A stretch of DNA of 64,000 bases from Neoechinorhynchus agilis (Eukaryota; Animalia; Acanthocephala), in the NCBI GenBank assembly GCA_051530055.1, contig CM121342.1:11175480-11239479 (forward strand), read 5' to 3'. A model generated the notes under the pieces. That model had not been told where the DNA came from. It was given only the letters and a program-made list of their open reading frames with translations, and ran no database searches. This document shows, piece after piece, positions 25,713 through 37,129 of this stretch. Position 1 is the first letter of the stretch, and every line of letters begins with the position of its first letter. The translations under genes were made by a program, and so were the position numbers.

Positions 25713-26241
25713 GTGAGTGATTGCTGATGAACGACAGAGAAGGGAAACAGTACTTGTGAAAGTGTTGCACTAAATGGGATTTAGGTAGACGAAATATGAT
25801 TCCAGGGCATTAGTGGCGATCGGGGATTTTTGAATCAACGATTTGTAGAAAAAGGTACAAAATCCTAAAACATTAACAATGCGTTTATTGATGATTCCAG
25901 ACATTAATAAAGTTTATTTATTAGCGGAGAAAAGTTACCTACAGCGATTTAGTTTGAGGTCCAGCTATTGAGATTTCAAATATTTTCCTACCGTTTGCAC
26001 AAATAAAAACGTCAATTCAAATTATACCACAAAACTACAAATAGGTCTTTAAAAAGGACAATCTACACTTGTCATTAGAAAAGCAGCCGATGGAGCTAAT
26101 GTGAATTTTTAACTTGTCTGCGATTCTAATATAAAAATACGGTGAAATCATCCGTGTTTTCGTACAAAATCCCCAATCACTACTTTAACAAAAAGTCCGC
26201 ATTTTTCCGGGATACATTTCAGCTGCACCACCACAACGATC

Positions 26242-29200
26242 CTAGTTCACGTTATCAATGATCTCCTTCACATCATCAGCGTTAAGAGTTTCATGCTCCA
26301 AAAGCGCATGAGCAATGGCTTTTAGCTCAATAATTTTGGATTTTATCAATACTTTTGCACGGTCGTATGATTCCTGTTTTTCGAAACATTTCTTAGGGAC
26401 CGGATACTATGACATAAGAGTACTCACCTGCAAAAGTCTCCTGATTTCATTATCGATCACTTCTTGCATTGCAGGACTTACCTCATTCCACGACACCGTA
26501 GCAAGACCAACATCAGTTTCCTCGTCCTTAAACACTCTTAAACCGACTTTATCGGACATTCCCAATCTCTTCACCATTGCAGTGGCAATTTGAGTTGCCC
26601 GTGAAAAATCTGAAGCAGCACCTTTTTAGAAAGAAACTATGAGACATGTTAAGCGAACTAAGAACTCACCTGTGCTTACCTTGTCCGGACCAAAGACGAC
26701 CTCTTCGGCAACTCTACCTCCCATACAAACATCCATTTCAGCAAGCAATTGTATTCTGGTCTTATTATAAAAATCTTTTTCAGGTACAGATGAAGTGAAC
26801 CCAAGAGCTTGTCCACGGGGAATGATCGTTACTTTGTGAAGTGGATTTGTTGACCTATTAAAAAAATTAACAATAGTGTGTCCGGCCTCATGAACAGCAG
26901 TTGTCTCGTTAGTCTCCCTATCAATCAGTCTGCCCAATCTCTCGGGACCTAATTGTAAAAATAGAAATACGTTGGATGTAGTATTAAAAACAAACCAACC
27001 CATCAATATTTTATCTTTTGCCCAATCAAGATGACTTAAATTCACAACGGCAGCATTCAATTGTGCTGCTCGTAATGATGCCTGATTAACCATGTTCTCG
27101 ATATCTGCTCCCGTAAATCCAGTTGTACCCAACGCTAGCTTATATGTATCGATTCGTCGATCACATATCACCCGAGAAAGATAAAGATCGAAAATACTTT
27201 TACGGCCAGCAGCATCCGGTGGCATCACGCCAACTTCCACGTCAAATCTACCAGGCCGCATTAATGCACTGTCCAAATGATCTTTTCGATTGGTTGCTGC
27301 TAACACAATAATTCCCTCGTTCTTTTCAAACCCGTCCATTTCCGCCAATAACTGATTGATTGTCTGATTCGCATATGGATGAAGTTGAGAATTTGTTCGT
27401 TTTGCACCGACTGAATCTATCTCGTCGATGAATATGACACATGGTGATTTGGCTTTCGCTGATGAGAATAACTGACGGATGCGCCGTGCTCCAGTGCCAA
27501 CGAACATCTCATCAAACTCTGAGCCAGAGGCATGGAAAAACGGAACTCCAGCTTCGCCTGCTACTGCGCGGGCGAGAAGAGTTTTCCCCGTTCCAGGAGG
27601 ACCAACAAGAAGCACTCCTTTAGGGAGACGGGCACCAAGTCGAGTGTACCTGTCAGGATCTTGTCCTGTATACCAATTCTTCTAGGACAATTTAAGAGGG
27701 CAAACATAGAATTGAAAATAATTTCAAATCAGTCTTGGTTAGAACCGAAATAACTTAAGATGTTCAATATCATCTATTAAAAAAGGAAGACGTCGCCAAG
27801 TAAAATTATAGCATCAAAATATAAGTAAAAAACTGAATATAGAAGCACAAGTTGCTTTGGAGTGGAAACTCCATAATTGTCGCGGTAATTTTTAAAATTA
27901 TTATTTAAAAGCCAAGCCGTTTTTACTTCCATTTTACTCTTTAGAGCAGAAAGTAATTTTACTAAACAATTTTTACCGTCCAAACTGGAAATTATAGCGA
28001 TAAAGATGTTAAAAAGAGAATATGAAAAGATTTTTCATTGAACTTGGAGGTAAACATTTTGTTTTGAAGAATTGGTTTACTTTAAAAAGCTAACAACGTC
28101 AACTAGCTCCTGCTTAGCTTCATCAACCTGCGAATATCACTTAATCTGAGCTACTTTGATGTACAAATGACTTACGCCTTTAACATCATCAAAGGTGACA
28201 TTGACATCTTCAGGCAGTACTTCGTACTGCGGAAGCAGTGCTGTTGAAATGCTTGCTTTGAATCCCGCAGCACTGAGGATGTTAATCATACAATATACCA
28301 AAAACCCATAGAAGATCAGATTTCTCAAAAGACGTTTGGTTGCACTTGATTTATTACGTTCACTGTCCTCATCGGATTGAAAAGATCTTGACCTCGAACC
28401 ATGAGTGTCGTCACGTGATAGATAACCTTAAGAATAATAACATCGATTTCATAGATACCGTAAGCTGACTTTTCAAAGGAGAGCGTCACATAGCAAAACG
28501 TTAAAATTATAAATAAGTAAATTTATATCAAAATACAAGTATAGTGTCAAGTCTGTTTTTTGCAGAACACATTTTACTCAGACGAGATTTTTAATGATTT
28601 GGATTAGGATACAGCCGCATTTGGGACAATGTTATAAGATCGATAGTCAAATCCCAGATTCGTATTCGAATATACTGAAAAACGGTTAAAATTAGTTGTT
28701 ATTTGGAAAAAGTGGCAACGTATTTTTATTTAAATTAAAGAATTACTTTATCATATACACAATTTCCTTCATTATAAATCTCCAAAAATGTGGAAAGTTC
28801 ATTTTTTGCGAAGTATGGGATGCGTTTCTCTAAGCTACTTTGTTATCATCAACCTATAACATTTTTCTGCAGTCAATCGCGCGCAAAGGGAAAATTCAAT
28901 TAGTAACAATCAGCAAATTAAATACTTCTTTTGCAATCACATTTTCAACAAATCAGTGGCGCGTTTAGTGGTTTCAAAGCAGAAAATAATACACTTTTAT
29001 AGAAATAGAATTTGCGATCACGTGCAAAAGGAAAATTCTATTAGTAAACAATCAGCAAATTAAATGCTTCCTTTACAATCACACTTTCAACAAATCGGTG
29101 GTGCCGTTTAATGGTTCTAAAGCGGAAAATAACGCACTTTGATAGAAATAGAATTTGCGATCTAGCGTATTTGCGGAGGGAAATTTGTTTAAATTAGCAA

Positions 29201-29778
29201 AATAAACTAGCAAAAGCACTTTAGAAGTTAAATCTTTTAGCGTGCTTAATGCCACACATTGATGGGTACCTTCTGCGAAAGCAACTTTGAGCTTTTGCTG
29301 ATCATCTATACTTGCATCAGATACAAGACGTTTAAGAGTGTTTTGAACTGCAGGAGGATTCGCGGAAGTGGTCAATCTTTGCACTCGTTGTTTCTCTTGT
29401 TTATCGCCAGATTCAAACATTTTCCTTATAAATGATACATCAGGCGACATTGCACGACTCGATGGTGCGACGAGACCGATAGATCCATGCCCAGATCGAT
29501 TCGTCTTGAACCCGCGTGATTGTAATCGTAACGGTTGTTCGATTGAAAGAGAATGAAGCATTTCGCTGAGTTGAGGATGGCAGTCGTACGCGATGCGATC
29601 AACTGTAGCATGCATGAACCTCCTTTGAACACTGCCGACTATTTTGTTCGTATTTCGAATGAGATTGAGGGCATTATATGAAGCTGCCAGTGGAATACTC
29701 TGCAATTTGTATGCACAAAAATCACACCGATCATAATGATAATAATGGTACCTGATAGTAACATAGACAGCATGCCAT
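26242..29778 (-). CDS. YME1L1: Mitochondrial i-AAA protease YME1L1
   Basis: [59 protein letters not shown]; canonical introns except the 28080-27662 junction. Confidence 0.92.
28876..29160. repeat. Two tandem ~140-bp copies inside a YME1L1 intron
   Basis: Repeated gaaaattc.attagtaacaatcagcaaattaaat...atagaaatagaatttgcgatc. Confidence 0.8.
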
Positions 29779-30039
29779 TTGCCCAGTATTTCCAGTGATT
29801 GCCTATCGGATCTTGACAAAAATGAATTTTCCCATCCGCTAAAATACGAAAGAAAATTTATTCCGACTGATGAAGTTCACGATTATCAAAGGGAATGTAC
29901 CAGTCGTCCGCTCTTAGAGGTAAACGAATTAATGTAAATTGTTATTTCGTCAAACTAGTGAGCTATGCGCTACTAGGTTTTTGCAGCATTACGCTTTATA
30001 ATCATGATTAACAATCCTAAAATTATTTTTTCTGAAACT

Positions 30040-33000
30040 TGACCAAAATATGTATTCGTTTGCACGAGTATGCATGTGTTTAAGTCTATGTTTGACTTTG
30101 GGTAAGTTTTGAGTTTACGCGTGTGTTCATATCCCCTTCTTTGTGTCTGCGAGGGTGCATCTGAATTCGTATTCATGAGCTGTCGTGCTCTTGCGCTCGC
30201 ACAATAGTAACTTTTGTGTTTACGTAAGTTTAGCATCCCCACGAATTCTTTTAAATGAGTATGCATCTGTTTGTTTTTATGTTATAAGCTGGGCACTTTT
30301 TAATGGTACGCATTTGAACGGTCGTCATCTTAAGGTTTTTGTTTGTGGCCTCACCTATTCGTTTATACGCGTGTGCATGTGTATGTTTGAAATATTTCAA
30401 TTTTTTTGGTATACGCTCGTGTACGTGTATTCTTCTTTGTGTTCGTTGGTATGCATAATTATTCGTGTATATGAGTGTGCATCTGTTTGTTTTTATTTTT
30501 ACACAGAGGCACTATTTGACGGTACACGTTTATTCGGTCGTCCTTTTTGTGTTTCGGTTTGTGAGCTTACCTATTCGTTTGCACGAGTGTGCATGTGTAT
30601 GCTTGAAATTTGTCAATTTTTGGTATACGCGCGTTTACGAGTATCCTTCTTTGTGTCGGATGGTATGTATAATTATTCGTGTATATGAGTATGCATCTGT
30701 TTGTTTTTGTGTTTACACCGGGGCAGTTTTCAATGGTACGCTAGCTGAACAGGGACTGGCCATCAACCTGCCAAAGTGCGTATTCGGCGTAAAGGCTCTC
30801 GACTTTCTAGGTCATCGTGTCAGTGAAGAAGGAACCATCCCGATGCCCAGCAAGGTGGAAGCCATTCGAAGTTTCCCACGGCCAACGACAGTGAAGGCCC
30901 TCAGGAGTTCGTGGGCATGCTAAATTTTTACCACCACTTTATGCCGGCGGCTTAAAAGTTGATGCGTCCACTATACCTCGCGTTATCACAAAGAGCCCCG
31001 AAAAGGATGTTTCTATGGACTGAGGAAATGGATAAAGCTTTTGAAGTTACAAAAAAAGCACTGGCAGATGCCACCTTGCTTACCCACCCCGCCAAAGACA
31101 TCCCCATTGCAATCACCACGCACGCTTCCGATTATGCTGTCGGTGCCGTGTTGCAACAGAAAATATCTGACAGTTGGAGACCGCTCGCCTTTTTCAGTCG
31201 TCAATTACGAAAACCCGAGCAAAAATACAGTGCCTTCGATCGAGAGCTGCTAGCAATTTATCTTGCGATCCGACATTTCCGTTATGCCGTGGAAGGACGC
31301 TCTTTGACGGTTTTCACGGCTCATCAACCACTCACTTTCGCAATGGCACGAGTATCGGATCCCTGGTCAGCACGGTAACAACGACACCTGAGCTATATTT
31401 CCGAGTATACCACAGACATCCAGCACGTTAGCGGGCGTAACAATAGCGTGGCCGATACACTCTCTAGAGCAATATTGAATAACGTCGTCGATGGTATATC
31501 CTTTGAAGAGATGTCGCGAGCACAAAAAGATGACTCGGAAACACAGGCTTTACGAACAGCAAAGATAGGATTGCGTCTCCTTGATGTTCCAATTGGTGAT
31601 GGTGAGATGACCATTTTGTGCGATATTTCAACAGGAAGGCAAAGGCCGTTAGTACCCGTTGCTTGGAGACGCCGCGTTTTTGATGCCGTCCACGAACTTT
31701 CTCATCCTGGAATCGGAGCTATGCGCAAGTTGGTGTCGAGCATATTCGTCTGGCAGGGTCTCGCCAAGGACGTGGGAAACTGGACGAAAATGTGTCTAGC
31801 CTGTCAAAAAGTGAAGATTCATCGACACGTTAAAGCACCGCCGGAAATATTCGATGTACCTACAAACAGATTTGCACACATACACGTGGATCTCGTAGGC
31901 CCTCTCCCACCTTCTCAGGGATTCACACTTGTTGACGATAATAGATCGGTTCACGCGTTGGCCAGAAGCGATTCCACTTTCAAAAACCGACACACTTTCA
32001 TGTGCGCGAGCTTTGGTCAGCAATTGGATTTCGCGATTCGGGGTTCCGGCGGATATCACCTGAGCGCAATTCACCTCCAAAATATGGAGCGACATGTCGA
32101 CCCTATTTGGCACGAAATTACACCATACGACAGCTTATCATCCACAGTCCAACGGTATGGTCGAAAGGATGCACCGGCACCCGAAAACGTCCTTAAAAGC
32201 CCGCCTTAAATGTGCCAATTGGTATGACGAGCTGCCGTGGGTCCTGCTGGGCATGAGGACATCGTGTAAATCCGGTTTTGGGACGTCATCCGCTGAACAA
32301 GTCTGCGGGAGCCCAATTAGAGTTCCCAGCGATTTCGTTAGCCCTACACCGACACGAGCCAATCAAGGAAACGAACTCGAAAGTTTGCGCGATTGGATCC
32401 GTTCGTTAGTCCCTGTACCGATGTCACGACATGGAAATATCTCGACCTACGTCCCAAAAGCCCTTAAGATCGCACCCCATGTGTTCGTCAGGAGTGAGCA
32501 GATCGGAGGACCACTGCTGCCAGCATACAGAGGACCCTACAGAGTAATCGAAACAGGTGAAAAAAATTTCGCGATTGATTATGGAGGACGCAACGAAACG
32601 ATTGCGATAGACAGGCTGAAAGCCGCGCATTGTGACCCTTCCTCTACAGTCGCATCCGACATACCACGCAAACGAGGACGGCCACGGAAGAAGACTTAGC
32701 GGAGCCCCCTTGGGGGAGCTGTGTGGCGAGTACGTCAGAGGTCCACCAATCGATATGCACGCATGGTACATGGGGTACAACTAGAAAACAGAGAGCGTTG
32801 GTTTTTTGTGTTGAACTTACGCGTTTATTCGTTCGTCCTTTTTGGGTTTCGGTTTGTGTGCTAGCCTATTCGTATGCACGAGCGTGCATGTGTATGCTTG
32901 AAATATGTCAATTTTTGGTATACGCGCGTGTAAGTGTATCCTTCTTTGCGTCGGTTGGGATGTATAATTATTCGTGTATATGAGTATGCATTTGGTTATT

Positions 33001-33660
33001 TTTATATTCACACAATTCGGTCGTCCTGTTTGTGTTCGGTTTGTGGGCTCACCTATTCGTGGTCACCGGTATACATGTATATGCTTGCTATATGTCAATT
33101 TTTTCGTATACGCGCATTTACATGTATCCTTCTTTTTGTCGGTTTGTTGGTATAATGATTTCTGTATATTAGAAAGCATCGGTTTGTTTCTATGTTCACG
33201 CAGGAGTACTTTTCAATGGTACGGGTTTATTCGGTTGTCCTTTTTGGGTTTTGGTTTGTGTGCTCACCTATTAGTTTGCACGAGTGTGCATGTGTATGCT
33301 TGCAATATGTGAATTTTTTGGTATGCGCGCGTTTACTTGTATCTTTCTTTTTGTCGGTTATTAGGTATAATTGTTCGTGTATATGCGTATGCATATGTTT
33401 GTTTTTATTTTTACACGGGGGCACTTCAATGGTACGCGTTTATTCGTTCGTCCTTTTTGGGTTTCGGTTTGTGTGCTAGCCTATTCGTTTGCGAGAGTGC
33501 GCATGTGTATGCTTGAAATACGTCAATTGTTTGGTATACTTGCGTTTGCGTGCATCCTTCTTGGTGTCGGTTGGTGTGTATAATTATTCGTGTAATGAAT
33601 ATGCATCTGTTAATTTTTATGTTCACACTGGAGTATTATTTGTTCGCGTGCTCGTCTATC
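30040..33660. repeat. ~215-bp tandem satellite, about 7-8 diverged units, interrupted by a Gypsy fragment
   Basis: Anchor ctattcgtttgcacgagtgtgcatgtgtatgcttgaaat recurs near 30052, 30355, 30571, 32866, 33053, 33268 and 33481. Confidence 0.85.
30742..32817 (+). mobile_element. Gypsy pol fragment (end of RT, RNase H, integrase, PPT, truncated 3' LTR)
   Basis: LDFLGHRV, YSAFDRELLAIY, HELSHPG, HIHVDLVGPLP, YHPQSNGMVER; GGGGGAG PPT then TGTGGCG at 32722. Confidence 0.9.
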
Positions 33661-34090
33661 CTTCTTTGTGTCGGTTTTTGTCGTATGTCGTACACTTTCA
33701 TACTTGTTTTGTCGTACTGAAAGCAAGGCGCAACTTAGTGTCGCTTTTATCAAAACGCTTTTTTTGGTTAGCCAATTTTCCTTCGCAATTTTGATGAATA
33801 TAATCTTAATATTCCAAATTTTCTGGCTCTTAAGATTCCACATTTTTCACTTTAAATTCTGGCTAATTTTTATGTGCTAATTTACGAAAAATATGTTAAA
33901 TTTTACTTTTAAACTATTTAGAGATGTAAACACGTTGATATCGAATTTTATTTTAAAATGCTATTCATACGGTAAATTATCGCAATTCTATAAAAAGGTT
34001 GCTCATCCATCTCAGTTCGCGTTCTAAGTGGTTATGGAAATTTTAATATTTACATCTTCTCGGTTAAATTTCATGCTTTTTACATAACTC

Positions 34091-34332
34091 AAGCCTTCTT
34101 GCATACATGATTATCGATTTTAAACCATAAATCGTTTGCTGAATTGCTTCGCATTAAAGTTATTAGATCTACAAGTTTTTATTTTTTTTGTAATCAATGA
34201 CTAATGCGAAAGTTAAAGCTTCTTGTATACATGATTATCGATTTTAAACCATAAATCGTTTGCTTAATTGCTTCGCATTAAAGTTATTAGATCTACAAGT
34301 TTTTATTCTTTTGTGATCAATGACTGATGCGA
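34091..34332. repeat. Two tandem ~120-bp copies downstream of SHMT copy A
   Basis: Repeated cttcttg.atacatgattatcgattttaaaccataaatcg...caatgact.atgcga. Confidence 0.85.
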
Positions 34333-34397
34333 TATGAAAGCTAAATCTAAACTATCGGTACAAAAAATTACTGGAGTAATTTATTTTTTCCAAGTTA

Positions 34398-36262
34398 TTA
34401 ATAACCGGGCATTTCGAACTGTATAGCGAACGCTATAATTTTCTGCCTCAATGGCGCTAGTTCCTTCGCCATATCGCGGCAGCATACCTTGAAGTTCTGT
34501 ATAGTGGAAGCCGCTAGTCCGCAGTCCTCTTGGCTTTCTTTAGACATAGCTTCGACCTTATGAGCTATTCTAATGGCCTCATCGAGAAATTTTGCAACTA
34601 CTACGATATCGCTTTCCTTCATTCCTCGAGTTGTCAACGCTGGTGTACCGAACCGCACACCAGAAGGACATGTCCAGTCAATATCTCCGACTAGGGCATT
34701 TTTATTGACGGAAATCGAAACTAGCTCAAATAAATGAGCCATTTTTACTCCATCGAGTCCAGTCGATCGATCAATCTTTAGAAGACTCATATGATTGTCT
34801 GTTCCACCGGTTGCGAATTCATAACCGAATTCTTGCATCGACTTAACGAGCTGGCGTGAATTTGCTAGAACTTGTCGAGCGTATTGCATGTATTGAGGAC
34901 TCTGGAGTTCAAGTAAAATAGAATTTCCCAGTGTGCCGTTAAATAAGAAGAGTCAGAAATGTTTCTAGCTAAAAATCTTGTGTGTAGTACACAACTCATA
35001 TAAGTAAATAAGGGTAACTTTGTGGAAATTAAATGTAGCCGACTGAACACCCAAAACCATCTGAGTAATCCTCGCATAGAGTAACTCCAATAGCTAAATT
35101 CGATTTTCAGAGCTCGTGTATATATAGTGAAACAAATCTAACCTGAAATCACGTTCACATGAGCGCCCCCTTGTAATCCAGGAAACACCGCCTGATCGAT
35201 AGCTTCACTTAGACTAAGACTGGATGTTTTCGGTGACTTTACATCTGGAACAAAGTTCTCTCTGAATTCAAATCTTTAGAGGAATAGCCAACCTCTTCTG
35301 GAGAATATAAGAGCGCCTCTCGGTCCTCTCATTGTTTTGTGGGTTGTTGTTGTTACAACGTCACAATACTCAAATGGATTCCTCATGAGTCCTGTGGCGA
35401 CAAGACCGCTGATATGTGCCATATCGCACATCAGAAGAGCACCACACTTGTCAGCAATTTGTCTGTACCGTTCATAGTCAAAATCACGGACGTAAGAACT
35501 GGCGCCTACATTTAAACAATTTTTATACTCGTACCAAATTTTATATTACAATCGTACGTACCCATTACAATCACATTTGGTCTGAAGGCAGTTGCCAGAG
35601 ATTCCAATCGATCCATATCGATAAGTCCGGAAAGTGGATCTACGGTATATAAAAGACTTTCAAAGTATTCAGAACTTGCTGAAACTTTTTTCGTCGGGGT
35701 GTAGTAGCCATGTGTCAAATGACCTCCTTCGGTGAAAACCAAGCCCATTATCCTTCCACCTTTTCCCACTAAACCATGATACACGGCAAAGTTTGCAGGT
35801 GATCCGGAATATGTTTGAACATTAACAGCCCATTTCTCCTCAGAGAGTTTGTAGGCCTCAAGTGCGCGTTTCTGAGTGAGTTGTTCCACCTGATCAACAA
35901 ACTCGTTCCCGCCGTAATATCTTAATAAATTTAAATTATGGTTAAGGCGGCAATCGCAGTGCGTACCGTGCCCCAGGATATCCTTCCACATATTTGTTTG
36001 TTAGACAGGATCCCATCGCTTCCATCACCGATGTACTAATAAAATTTTCGGATGCAATCAGCTCAAGACCTTCAATTTGCCTTTTCTTCTCGGCCTCAAT
36101 AAGGCCCATCATTTCTGGATCAGCTTGTGCCAGATATTTGAAGTAGCTACCTTTGGTAGACTCCTGCACGGTACACATCTTTTGTGCTTGTAGGTTGGTC
36201 TGTACCCATTTCGAAATAGTCCTTTTATAGAGAAATGTCGATGCAGCAAAGCAAGTGCACAT
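34398..36262 (-). CDS. SHMT: Serine hydroxymethyltransferase, copy A (divergent loops)
   Basis: [50 protein letters not shown] (PLP Lys), TGGTDNH, NKN, RFGTPA. Confidence 0.9.
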
Positions 36263-37129
36263 AATGTGAGTATTATTTGAGTGCTAAGCCCGAACAAATC
36301 GGTGCATATACAAAAATCATTATCATAATGTTACCAATGCAAGCTTATGTCCCTCAATCTTGACAAGTAGCGGTTTTGAACTATTGGTATTAGAAAGTCA
36401 ATCTATCATACGACCCACCGATGCAATTTATCGTTCACGATCTAGGAGTCCATTCGATAAACACGAGAATCAACAGACACATGACTATTTTAATAAAATA
36501 AAAACCCAATCGATTAGGTGTGCTCATGCTCTTGGACCACTGCTATAATTTTCATGGACTTTCGCAACCTATCCCTTCGCGATTTATGATATTCACTGGT
36601 GCTTTACAGGATATAAAGATTTATCCTCACAAACCGATTTCATTCAGATTATATCTGTAGGGAAGCTACGAATCTATAACAAACATCAGGATACATCATC
36701 TTAAGAGAGATCTATCAACCTCGGAAATGCTAAAATAAGAACTGCATTGTCATATCTGATATGATCTGACTTTTGAGAAAAGACAGGCGATGATATGTTC
36801 AGTTCCATCAATGGAGACTTTTAAATGAATGTATATGTGATCGAGATGACAACACAAGTCAATAGCACGTTTTTATAGAATGGCTGGCAGAATCCTCTTT
36901 TTCACAAACTCGCCTCCTCAGTCATTGCTTCGCAAGTTTGTCGCATTAATGGGATTTTTCCCCACCGCCACATACATTAATGGGTGTTATACGATTGGAT
37001 CAAAAGGTTTCGCATTGCAGATCTCCAAGCCAAAAAACAATACGGCAAGCGAAGAAAATACTATTTATTATAAAGTTACATCTTCACAAAAAAAATATTT
37101 AATTTGTCAATTTTGAAATCCACACATTT

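Noticed and set aside
27650-27670. Antizyme-like TCC-TGA +1 frameshift after canonical splicing of YME1L1
   Set aside because: It would remove the conserved Asp-Pro, which is encoded in the downstream frame upstream of that site.
30185-33880. Many hydrophobic ORFs in the satellite as a repeat-protein gene; or the array as a CRISPR
   Set aside because: Frames shift between units, there are no unique spacers, the context is eukaryotic and there are no cas genes.
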